A DNA stretch of 64,000 bases, from assembly GCA_965240325.2 (NCBI GenBank), contig OZ251230.1:2418001-2482000 (forward strand), read 5' to 3'. This DNA is from Rebecca billardiae RCC1528 (lineage: Eukaryota > Protista > Haptophyta). Below the pieces are notes generated by a model, which saw only the letters and a program-made list of their open reading frames with translations, searched no databases and was not told the DNA's origin. A program made the position numbers and the translations under genes. This document shows positions 1 through 9,456 of the stretch, piece by piece. The stretch's first letter is position 1. The number at the start of each line of letters is the position of its first letter.

Positions 1-158
1 GTAGGCCGTCGACAACGAGCACATGGCGCGTGTGCATCGCGCTTGTGCGGCCGCGGCCGGCCGCCGCGGGGCTCGGGAGCTGTGGACGCGACGACGGGCG
101 GCCGAAGGCCGACGCCCACCGCCAAGGACGCCGCTGTCGCGAATCGTCCACGACGCCG

Positions 159-1313
159 ATGCGGCAGCAGCCCGAGAGTGCGATGGACGTGGAGGGGGAT
201 GAAGAGCACGGGCTCCTCGCCGGGCGTCGGATCACGCTGGCGCCGAGCAACGGCCGCGGCAAGGCAGGCGTGGTCGTCGCCGGCATCGCAGTGCTCACAC
301 TCGTGAGCTATCTCGCCCTGGGGACAGACACGCTGGCGACAGACGGCGTGGACGATGTAGCGGACGCACCGGAGCTCCCGACCGTCCTCGGCCCTCATGA
401 GCGCGTGGACGGCTTCGTGCTGGGCTGCATGATGCAAGAGCCCACCAACACACGCGCCGCCAGTCTCTGCATGACGTCCGTGTGCACGCTGCTGGCAACC
501 ACCAACCCGGACCACGTCGTCGTGATGCTCGACGAGCTGATGGAGGCGGCCATCGGCGAGACGCTCAGACTCAACGGCATCCACCTCTTCCGCACCCCGG
601 ACGTGAACACCAGCACCATCGTGCGCGAGGGCTCCCAATGGCCGGATTTCTCCAAAATGCCAAAGCGCAAGATTCCCATCGAGGTCTACTCGGCGAAGAA
701 GTACTACGCGTGGACGTTGCTGCAGTTCAACAGGCTGGTCTACGTCGACGGCACGGACACCCGCTTCCAGCGGAACGCCTCGGGCATGCTCTACCTGGCC
801 GAGCCGTTCGCCGCCGTGACCAGCGCGGCGCCACAGCCGCGCTGCCCGGGGTACTTCAACAACGGCGCGCTGCTCCTCAGGCCGGGCCTGGCGGGGTTCC
901 ACGCGCTCATGTCGACGTACTTCCAGGGCAACTTCACGTACTGCGGCGGCAGCGGGGGTCACCTCGACGACCAGGACCCAATGATCAGCGTCGCGCTCAC
1001 GGGCGTGCTCGGCCCCGTCCACGAGTGGCCGTGTGGTTTCAACTACCGCTCATGGAAGTCGCAGGTGCACTGCCCGCGGCGCGTGGTCGAGCATCACAGC
1101 TACTCGGACGACGCGATGGGCGACTGGCCCGATCGCGCGCGGGACGGCCGGTGTCGCCCTTCGCCGCCTCGCACGCGCCTGCCCGTGCTCTGCCCCGCCC
1201 AGGTCGCACCGCACGCGCTCGCGAAGAAGTGGACTCGGGATGGCTATGACGCGTCCACGGAACATCGGCAACGACGCGCGTGCGCTGACTACTATGGCTA
1301 CTCGCTCAGCTGA
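159..1313 (+). CDS. Glycosyltransferase family 8 (glycogenin/GT-A like), type II membrane protein
   Basis: N-terminal TM helix (VVVAGIAVLTLVSYLALG). GT8 motifs: K..AWTLLQFNRLVYVDGTD (DxD region), YFNNGALLLRP, DDQD, WPCGFNY. Start codon uncertain (159 or 182). Confidence 0.75.
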   Translation: MRQQPESAMDVEGDEEHGLLAGRRITLAPSNGRGKAGVVVAGIAVLTLVSYLALGTDTLATDGVDDVADAPELPTVLGPHERVDGFVLGCMMQEPTNTRAASLCMTSVCTLLATTNPDHVVVMLDELMEAAIGETLRLNGIHLFRTPDVNTSTIVREGSQWPDFSKMPKRKIPIEVYSAKKYYAWTLLQFNRLVYVDGTDTRFQRNASGMLYLAEPFAAVTSAAPQPRCPGYFNNGALLLRPGLAGFHALMSTYFQGNFTYCGGSGGHLDDQDPMISVALTGVLGPVHEWPCGFNYRSWKSQVHCPRRVVEHHSYSDDAMGDWPDRARDGRCRPSPPRTRLPVLCPAQVAPHALAKKWTRDGYDASTEHRQRRACADYYGYSLS

Positions 1314-1532
1314 TGCTGCTGAGGACGAGCGTAGTCGTCGAGCAGCGTCACCGGGCGGCTGATGACGACGACTACGTTAGATAGATATAATAGTACGCGT
1401 GCTTCACAGGCCGCGCGCCCCATATACTACTGATAACCGTCGGATGTGATCAGAATGACGATTAACGCGCAGCAGTATAGGGCAGCGGGCTCCGAGCGGC
1501 GCCGTCCCGCCTCCCGGGCGTCCGCTGTACAG

Positions 1533-1533
<1 letters not shown>

Positions 1534-1594
<61 letters not shown>

Positions 1595-1598
1595 TATA

Positions 1599-1682
<84 letters not shown>

Positions 1683-1790
1683 ATACGTACGCGCGTATAG
1701 ACGAGAGAGCGCCAGAGAGAGAGAGAGAGAGAGCTGAGAGACGAGCAGAGATCGAGAGCGAGAGACGAGACGGAGAGAGTCATCATCAGA
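1534..1790. repeat. (TA)n microsatellite followed by an imperfect (GA)n tract
   Basis: About 145 bp of TA repeat then AG-rich repeats, directly visible. Confidence 0.95.
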
Positions 1791-2019
1791 GAGTCAGCAG
1801 TATTAGTAGTATATATAGACGCGACTATAGGCTACTGCTGCGCTGCTGCTATTGCTCGGGCTAAGGCGGGCTTGTATATAGCACTGCTCACCGTCGACCG
1901 TAGGCGTATGGCAGCATCGTCATTAACTAATAATGGACGACTACGAGGCAGCCCGGAGCCCCGACGCGCCGCGCGACCGTCGGCAATAATAAACCTAGCC
2001 GAGGGGCTTCGACGCCGAG

Positions 2020-4497
2020 CTAGCCCATGTGCCAGGTGACGATGTCGTCGTCGTCCACGTGGTCGTGGCCGGCCAGGTTGAGGTACGACGCGCGGCTGGC
2101 GATCGGCGGGACTGAGCTGAGCTCGGCCCCGTCCTCGTCGTCCTCGTCGTTGATCGTCGACGCGATCGACGTGTTGGACAGCGTCCGCCTGGTCGAGCGC
2201 GTCTTGGACTTGCGCCGCCAGAGCCCGGGCGGCAGCGCGTGCGCGTGGCCGTTCGGGTTGGCGTGCATCGGCGCGGACGGGTAGCGAGAGCGCTGCAGCG
2301 AGCTGTGCACGTGCAGGCCGCCGCCGAGGACGGCGGCGTGCTCGCCCACCGGCGACGGCTGCAGCGAGCGGTGCGACGCGGATGGCGACGGCGGCTCGCT
2401 CGTCCCCGCCTGCGCCGCCGCGCCGCCGCCGTTCGTGCGCAGCACGCTGTCGAGCGTGTTGTACGACGGCACCTGGCCGATGCCCGCGCTGCCGCCGCCG
2501 CCCTTACTGTTCGCGTGCGCGACGAGGTCGGAGGAGGCGCGCCGGCTAGCGGAGACTGTGTGCGCGCCGCCGCCGCCGCCAGCGAGCAGCTTGGAGTGGA
2601 GCTCGTGGCACACGGCGTCCATCTCCACCTCGATGCGGCAGAGCGAGCGCAGCTGCGACGCGCGCACCCACACGGCGCGCTGCCCGCGCAGCACCGCCTT
2701 GCGCACGTACTCGGCCGTCGGGTTGTCGATCATGTGGAGCAGGTCGGCGGTCGGGTAGCGCGGGAAGAGGTTCACGTCTCCATCATACTCCTGCACGACC
2801 AGGTTGGCGAAGCGCGAGAGGTTCGTCTTGAACGGCAGCCGGCCGAGCGTGAGCTCCGAGATCGTCCGGATGTACGACGTCGCCTCCGCGCGCAGCATGC
2901 GCAGGAGCGACGCGGTGATCCCGCCGTTGGCGATGCCCGACTCGTCAATCGCCTTGGTGGACAGGATCGTCGCGGCGGGGTTGACTTGTGAGACGATGAA
3001 GAAGTTGATGTTGAACAGCTCGGTGAGCCGCGCCTTGGGCAGGTCGGAGTCGACGCAGCCGTCGGTGAACTTGAGCTCGGCGAGCGGCACCGCCTGCCCG
3101 CGGTGGTCGCGCGCCCAGAGCTCGCACGCGGCGAAGATGCCGGGGACCGCCGAGCTCGCGCGGCACGCGGACCAGATAAGTACGTGCGGCGCTGTGAGAT
3201 AGTTGAGCAGCATGGGCTCGCGGCCGTCGGAGCGCGAGACCATCACGTTCAGGATCCGCCCCGTGTGGTTGAACGCCTCGAGGAACGTCACGTCGCCCAC
3301 CAGGTCGTAGATCGTCTGCCCGAGCACTTCGACCGACAGTATGGGCTGGCGCGACCACAGCGTGCGCAACAGCCGGCCAAGCCGCGCGAGCGGGCCGCGG
3401 CGCGAGGCCTCGGCCGCGGCGTCGCGCGCGGCCGGGCCGTCGGCGCGCGGCGCGGCGCCCGCACCCGAGTCCGCTCCGCCCGCCGGCTGCTCCGCACCGC
3501 CGCCGCCACCATCCTCACCGCCGCCGCCGCTGCTGCTCGGGCGGTTGTTCGAATTTGCTTCCTCGAAGAAGACGCACTCGGTGACGAGCGTCTCGAGCGC
3601 GTCCTGATCAAACAGCAGCTCCTGCAGCTCGGCGGAGGTGCGCACGCCGGCCATCGCGGCGATGATCGAGCCGGCCGAGCTGCCCGAGAGGATGCGCGGC
3701 AGCAGCCGCAGCTCGAGCATCGCCTTCAGCACGCCGAGGTGGTGCACGCCCAGCGCCGCGCCGCCCGACAGGTGCAGCGCCGTTCGTCCAAACGCGTGGC
3801 GGGTTTCGTTAAAGAAGGCGAGCACGTCGCGCACGGTGAGGAGGACGCCGTCGTTGGAGCGCTGCGCGCTCAGCCCGGCGTCCTTCACGTGCCGGATCGC
3901 CTCGACCGTCGCCTCGAGGTACTCGTCCAGCACGTGCTTCGTCCCGCACAGCGCGGGCCCGTTGTACAGCTCGGGCCGGCCGATCGCAAATTGCGTTCGG
4001 TACATGCGCGAGCGCAGCTGGTACATGAGCTCGAAGACGTGGTTCTCGCGGCGGCAGCGGTGGAGCTCGTCGATGAGCGCGCGCACCGCCTCGTGCGGGT
4101 ACAGCGCCGAGCGCGGGTTGCTCTTCCACGCGATCGCGACGGTGGACGACGCGTCGATCGCGGCCGCCGCCTGAGCGTACTCCTGATACGACGTCGCGCG
4201 GTCGAGCTTGTCCCAGTCGGCGGGCGCGCCGCTGCGCAGCCTGCGCAGGGCGCGGAAGGGGGCGCGAGCGCCTCGTCGCGCCAGCAGGATCAGGTGCAGG
4301 ATGATCGCCAGCGAGAACTGCCGCAGGAAGACGTCGGGTGCGAACAGGAGCCGGACAAACTTGGCGACGATCCGCAGCGCGGGGCCGAGCCCGTCCGGCT
4401 GGCGGAAGAGCGCGGCGATCAGCGCGGCGAGGCGGCGTCGGCTGGACTGGTCCACGCCGAACGCGACCAGGAGCGCGGGCGACGCGTCGCCACCCAT
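2020..4497 (-). CDS. Patatin-like triacylglycerol lipase (SDP1/TGL3-5 family)
   Basis: N-terminal DUF3336-like region (ATSYQEY..WK..P.S.LY), RHAFGRTALHLSGGAALG oxyanion loop, GSSAG nucleophile, LLNYLTAPHVLIWSA, FTDG catalytic Asp, FNINFFIVSQVNP. Intronless; start set at MGGDASP. Confidence 0.9.
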   Translation of the reverse strand: MGGDASPALLVAFGVDQSSRRRLAALIAALFRQPDGLGPALRIVAKFVRLLFAPDVFLRQFSLAIILHLILLARRGARAPFRALRRLRSGAPADWDKLDRATSYQEYAQAAAAIDASSTVAIAWKSNPRSALYPHEAVRALIDELHRCRRENHVFELMYQLRSRMYRTQFAIGRPELYNGPALCGTKHVLDEYLEATVEAIRHVKDAGLSAQRSNDGVLLTVRDVLAFFNETRHAFGRTALHLSGGAALGVHHLGVLKAMLELRLLPRILSGSSAGSIIAAMAGVRTSAELQELLFDQDALETLVTECVFFEEANSNNRPSSSGGGGEDGGGGGAEQPAGGADSGAGAAPRADGPAARDAAAEASRRGPLARLGRLLRTLWSRQPILSVEVLGQTIYDLVGDVTFLEAFNHTGRILNVMVSRSDGREPMLLNYLTAPHVLIWSACRASSAVPGIFAACELWARDHRGQAVPLAELKFTDGCVDSDLPKARLTELFNINFFIVSQVNPAATILSTKAIDESGIANGGITASLLRMLRAEATSYIRTISELTLGRLPFKTNLSRFANLVVQEYDGDVNLFPRYPTADLLHMIDNPTAEYVRKAVLRGQRAVWVRASQLRSLCRIEVEMDAVCHELHSKLLAGGGGGAHTVSASRRASSDLVAHANSKGGGGSAGIGQVPSYNTLDSVLRTNGGGAAAQAGTSEPPSPSASHRSLQPSPVGEHAAVLGGGLHVHSSLQRSRYPSAPMHANPNGHAHALPPGLWRRKSKTRSTRRTLSNTSIASTINDEDDEDGAELSSVPPIASRASYLNLAGHDHVDDDDIVTWHMG

Positions 4498-4675
4498 CCG
4501 CGGGCTGATGAGCGGCGCGCCCCGCAAGCCCGCCCGTTCGTGACGACGATCGCCTTCGTCAGGGTGTATCTTGGACGGCACCGGCAGCGGCCGTGAGCCG
4601 GACTGCCCTTTTGCTTTCACGCGCTGCCGACAGATGGGTCCGGCTTTCAAGCCTTTCAGCTCGACCGGTCAAACA

Positions 4676-5791
4676 ATGGCGGCCCATCGGCCGTTGAGCT
4701 CACCCCCCTTGAGCACACGCACGGATGCGGGTGTGTGGCGGGTGCGGTACGAGCTCGCGGCACAGGCGAGAGGCATTGCCGAAGCATGGCGCGAGCAGTA
4801 CGAGCTGCAGGCGGAGCAGGCCATGGCGACCGCGGCGACTGCTCACAAGCTGCGCGGCGCGCTGCGCGATGCGCAGCAGGCGGAGCGCGCGGCCAACTCG
4901 CGCGCGGGCGCAGCAGAGGCGCAGATGCAGGCAGCGCGCGCAGACGCGGCGCGGTGGAAGCACAAGGCCACCGCACTCACGGCCGGCAAGCTGTACGTCG
5001 ACCTGGACAGCGCTGAGCGCGAGTGCGAGGAGCTGCGCGCGCACGTGGCTGACCTCGAGCGACGGCTGAGCGCGAGCGCGCGCTCGCGGCCCGGCTCGGC
5101 GACAGCCCGCGCCCATCAGCGGCTGCGCCAGAGGACCGAGGAGGAGGAGGCCGAGGAGCGCGCGCAAGAGATCGCGCGGCAGGTCGAGAGCGCGCGCGAC
5201 GCCATCGAGCACGCGGCCAACTTCGAGGCGGAGAAGGCTCGGAACGCGCTCGCGGTCGCGAGCGCGCGCGCAGACAAGGCCTCGGCCGATCTGCGGCGCA
5301 CGCGGCGCGAGCTCGAGAGCGCGCAGGCCGCGTCGGCGGAGCTCGAGCGCCAGGCGACGCTCTGGCGCTCCAAGTACCTCGAGGTCGTCAAGACCAGCAC
5401 GCTCGGAGGCGCGGCTGCCGCGGACCGGGAGGCCGCCGAGGGCGGAGCAGCGGCGCGCCGTCGGCCGGCTGCGCACGACCAGCCCGGACCGCCCGGACCT
5501 CTGCTCGGCCTGTCGAGCAGCGGGGTGCAGGCCGAGGCGCGGGCGTGGGAGGCGCTCGCGCGCGAGCGAGAGGAGACGCTCCGCGCCGTCAGCCGCTCGC
5601 TGCGCCTGCTGCAGTCGGGCAGCGGCGCCGGTGGCGTGGGCCACGACCTCGCGCTGCGTGCGCTCACGCAGGAGGTCGAGCGGAAGCTGGTCGGAGCCGC
5701 CGTGGTGATGGGACCGGCTGGGCTCGCGGTGTCGCGGCTCGAGCACGAGCCGGGCTGGCCGGAGCCTGCAAGCGGGCTCAGCCGACATTGA
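4676..5791 (+). CDS. Coiled-coil hypothetical protein
   Basis: Long ORF with heptad-like A/E/R/L/Q composition, divergent from the lipase with a ~180 bp gap. Confidence 0.6.
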   Translation: MAAHRPLSSPPLSTRTDAGVWRVRYELAAQARGIAEAWREQYELQAEQAMATAATAHKLRGALRDAQQAERAANSRAGAAEAQMQAARADAARWKHKATALTAGKLYVDLDSAERECEELRAHVADLERRLSASARSRPGSATARAHQRLRQRTEEEEAEERAQEIARQVESARDAIEHAANFEAEKARNALAVASARADKASADLRRTRRELESAQAASAELERQATLWRSKYLEVVKTSTLGGAAAADREAAEGGAAARRRPAAHDQPGPPGPLLGLSSSGVQAEARAWEALAREREETLRAVSRSLRLLQSGSGAGGVGHDLALRALTQEVERKLVGAAVVMGPAGLAVSRLEHEPGWPEPASGLSRH

Positions 5792-6379
5792 TGGCATCGC
5801 CGTGCAGGCGGCGTGCCCGGGCTTCAATACGACACTACCGTCGGGCTATGACGCGCACGCAATGCAGGCTGAGGCAGTGGCGCTATGCCCGATAGGCTAT
5901 GGCGACTGACTCGGGAGTCGGGGCTGCGGGCGGCGACGGCGCCGCTGCGACGTATGCATCATATTGATGCATGAACTTCTGCACAGTATAGCATATCAGT
6001 GCTGCTGAGTGCATGCACTGATCATGATGATGACGCGATGATACTTGTTGAGTAAAAGACAAAGTCGCCGAGAGCCCGAGGCTGCGCGCGCTGATGAGCC
6101 TGATCGGTGATCCGAGTGACGACCGATTCTGAGTCGCCAGACGCCATCCGAGTATTCCAAGTGATCCGCATCGCCATTCTGATGATTCTGAAAAGCGCGC
6201 TCTGCACTCTGCTGTCTGCAGTCGCTGGGTCGACGCCGATATCAGTTCTTTCGACGACGTGCGCCAGTGAGGGCGCAGGCGCAGCCCAGGGATCACGGTG
6301 GTGAGCACGCGCGCGCGGCGAGAGCCGGACGCCCGCTAGCTCAGAGCTAGGAGCCCGCACAGTTGTGCTCTGGCGCGTC

Positions 6380-8395
6380 TCAGTCGAACTTGGGCTCGAA
6401 GATGGTGCGAGTGCCGTACCACCGCCCCTGCAGCATCAGGTTCCAGTACGCGAACGGGAAGACCACCTGCGGAGGACGGCGCGCGCGGCGCGCGCGAGGG
6501 CCGGGGAGGGCGCGCGCGCGCGCGCTCAGCGTGCGCGCTCATGCGCAGAGCCCCGCCCGCTGCACAGCAGCGGGCTCGCGCCGAGCGCGCCCGCCCACCC
6601 GGCCGCGCGCCGAGCGCGCCGCCGCGCGCGGCCGCACCGTCTTGAGATAGTAGAAGAGCGAATATTCCTTGGCCTGGTTGAAGAAGGAGCCGAGCGCGCC
6701 GAACGTCTCTTTCGGCACGCCGCCGTACTTGAATTCGGCCAGGATCAGCTTGCCTCGCGACGTCAGGATCGGGCACGACGTGTACCCTGCCCGGGCGAGC
6801 GAGCGAGCGGCGCAGGGCGCGGGGGGCCGGAGCGCGGGCGGTCGGCGCACGCTCCGCGTGACGACAACCGGCGGGTTCGTGTGCCGCGCGCGCAGCGGGC
6901 GGCTGGGCGGCGCGCGTGCGCACCGTCGTAGCGCGCGGTGGGCTCCTTCTTGTCCATCGTCTTCAGCACGTTGTGCACGAGCACGGGCGCCTGCGCCGTG
7001 ATCGCCGCCGCCGTCTTGGAGGTGGGCAGGTTGGTGCAGTCGCCGATGCCGAACACGTTTTTGAAGCGCGAGTGCTGCAGCGTCTCCTTGTCCACCTCGA
7101 CGAAGCCCGTGGACGGGTCGGCGAGCTTGGAGTTGCGCACGCAGGGCGGCGGGCCCATCTTCGGCGTCACGTGCAGGAAGTCGTACGCCTTCGCCACCCG
7201 CTTCCCCTCCGACGTGACGAAGTACGCCACCTTCTTCTTGCCGTCCACTTCGACAAGCTCATGCCGGAAGTGCGCGCTCACACCCCGCTCCTCCCGCAGC
7301 CGCTCGAGCTCGGCCTCGTACTTGGGGATGGCGAACATCTTGGGGAGGCCGGTGTAGAACTCGACGGAGACGTGCTCGCGGCACAGCGCCTTGAGCCGCC
7401 AGAAGTCCTCGGCGAGCCACATCACCTTCTGTGGCGCTGCGGACGCGCGCGCGCGCGAGAGCGCGGGAGGCGCCGCGCCGCGGGCACCGGGCCGAACGAG
7501 CGTGGCGGGCGTGGCGCGCGCGCGCGGTCAGCGTGGCGCGCGTGGCACGGCGGCGGGCGTGCGGGGCGCACACGCCCGGTGCGATGTACACGCACGCCGT
7601 GCCACCACGCCATCCCCGCCGTGCCCTGCCGCCGGCGCCACGCGGCGCGCGCCGCGCGCACCACCGCCGCACTTGACCCCCGTCGACGGCTGCGTGAAGA
7701 TGGCCGTGCCGCGCGTGAGCGCCTGCACGTTGTTCCACACGACGTCGGAGAACTTGTAGTCGTAGACCGACGCCACGCCATCCTGCGGGGGCACACGCCG
7801 GCGCAGCACGCGGGTGCGCACACGCTGGTGAGCGCGCGCTCGGACCGCCCCGTGCGCACTCACTCGCGCGTGCGGCGCGCACATGGCCGATGGCCTCTGG
7901 CAGGCCCTTGATGGCGGCCCAGTCGATCTTGAGGCCCGTCGCAACGATGAGGTAGTCGTACTTCACGCGAGTCCCGTCGCCGAGCACCACCGTCGACTTC
8001 TCGGGCTCGAATCCTGCGGCCTCCTGCTTAAGCCATGTCACGTCCGGAGGCATCACCGAGCCCATCGGTCGGCGCGACTTCTCCACGGGCACCAGGCCGC
8101 CCGCCACCATGGTCCACATGGGCTGGTAGTAGTGCCAGTCCGAGGGCTCGATGACCGCCACGTCGGCGTTCGCGCCGATCTTGCGCGTCAGCATCGCCGC
8201 GACCGAGAGGCCGCCAGCGCCGCCGCCGACCACGACGATGCGGTGCTTCTCCGTGCCATCCTTTGAGATGACGTGCGGGATCGATTTGGCCTCGGCGGGG
8301 CTCGAGGTCGACGAGAGAGATGCCGCGCCGTACAGCGCGGCACCCGCGCTCGCCGCGAGGGCGCCCCGTGAGAGGAGCCGCAAGCGGCCGAACAT
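6380..8395 (-). CDS. SQOR: Sulfide:quinone oxidoreductase, probably mitochondrial; 5 exons (introns 7783-7882, 7437-7661, 6787-6923, 6467-6637)
   Basis: VVVGGGAGG FAD motif, HYYQPMWT, YDYLIVATG, spliced KCGGAPQK and YTSCP catalytic cysteines, GIGDC, KTAAAI, C-terminal YWNLMLQGRW. All four introns are GT-AG and restore frame. Arg/Ala/Ser-rich N-terminus. Confidence 0.93.
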
Positions 8396-9456
8396 TTCGC
8401 AGCCAAGTGCGCGCGCGTGCGGTCCTACTCGGCCGCCCTGCTGGCAGTGGTGGTTGGCTGTCCTCGTCCGGAAGGCTCCGCGCACGGCCCAAAGCCGTCA
8501 AATACGAGTACGCACCGACGCAGCGATCTGATTGGCTCATGAATACACACAGCACCCGCCGAGTTCTTCAGTCCGGGCTCTCCGGCTCCCGGGACACCTG
8601 CCCCTGGCAAACGTCTGCGAGCCGCGCAGCATCCGCGTGCGCCTCCCGTCGGTTCTCCTCAAGTGTTCTAATGATGCGATGTGTGAGGCCGGCTGTGAGA
8701 CATGTCCCTGGTCCCCGCCGAATACAGTAGCTGCTAAGGCGCGTCTTGAGTCTTGACTGATGCTGGCGTGGATGCTGCCTTGTGTGTGCCTCGAGTCTGC
8801 TGTCGTGCCGTGCTCTCTCGCGGGTCGTCCATGGCGACAGCACGGCACCGTTCAGAGCGCACTACTACAGCCAGGCTAGCGTCTTGTCACACTCTACGCG
8901 AGGAGGAGGCTTGAGCATCCGGCTAACCAACCTGCCGCGATCACAGTCGAATGCAGGAGGCAAGCTGCATGCGAGCGCACACAACGGAAGCATCGCAAGC
9001 TCGACGAGTTAGCGGCGGCGCACCGCGTAGAGCTGGTGTCGATTGCAGTCCATATAAATATCTGCGTTTGGTCGCCAACTGACACGGGCGCGACGCCGCC
9101 AAGGCAGAGTGCTTGCAGCTTCGCGAGACCGCCGCCGCACAGAATTTGCCGCCTCGGCGCATCGTCACACTGCCGTGCATCGCGAGTGACCCCTGTGTCA
9201 AGGCGACGCACCGAGGGAAGGCGACGCAGCATGCATTGGCAGCATCGTTCGCCACAGCACAGCGTCTTAGTACGAGCATGCGCCAACGACGTGCCATCAT
9301 CACCCCGCCACTCGCCCCACCACCCATTTCGCCATTGCGTGGTGGGGGGGCAGCGTCCGGAGTCCCGGACTCGCCTGCTCAGGACTCCCCCAGCCGGCGC
9401 TCTTTCGGGCGCGCTTCAGCGGACCAGGGCTGGCTGGCGCGGAGGAAAGCGCGCCC

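Noticed and set aside
1446-1786. ORFs with IYIYIY repeats
   Set aside because: Translations of the (TA)n microsatellite.
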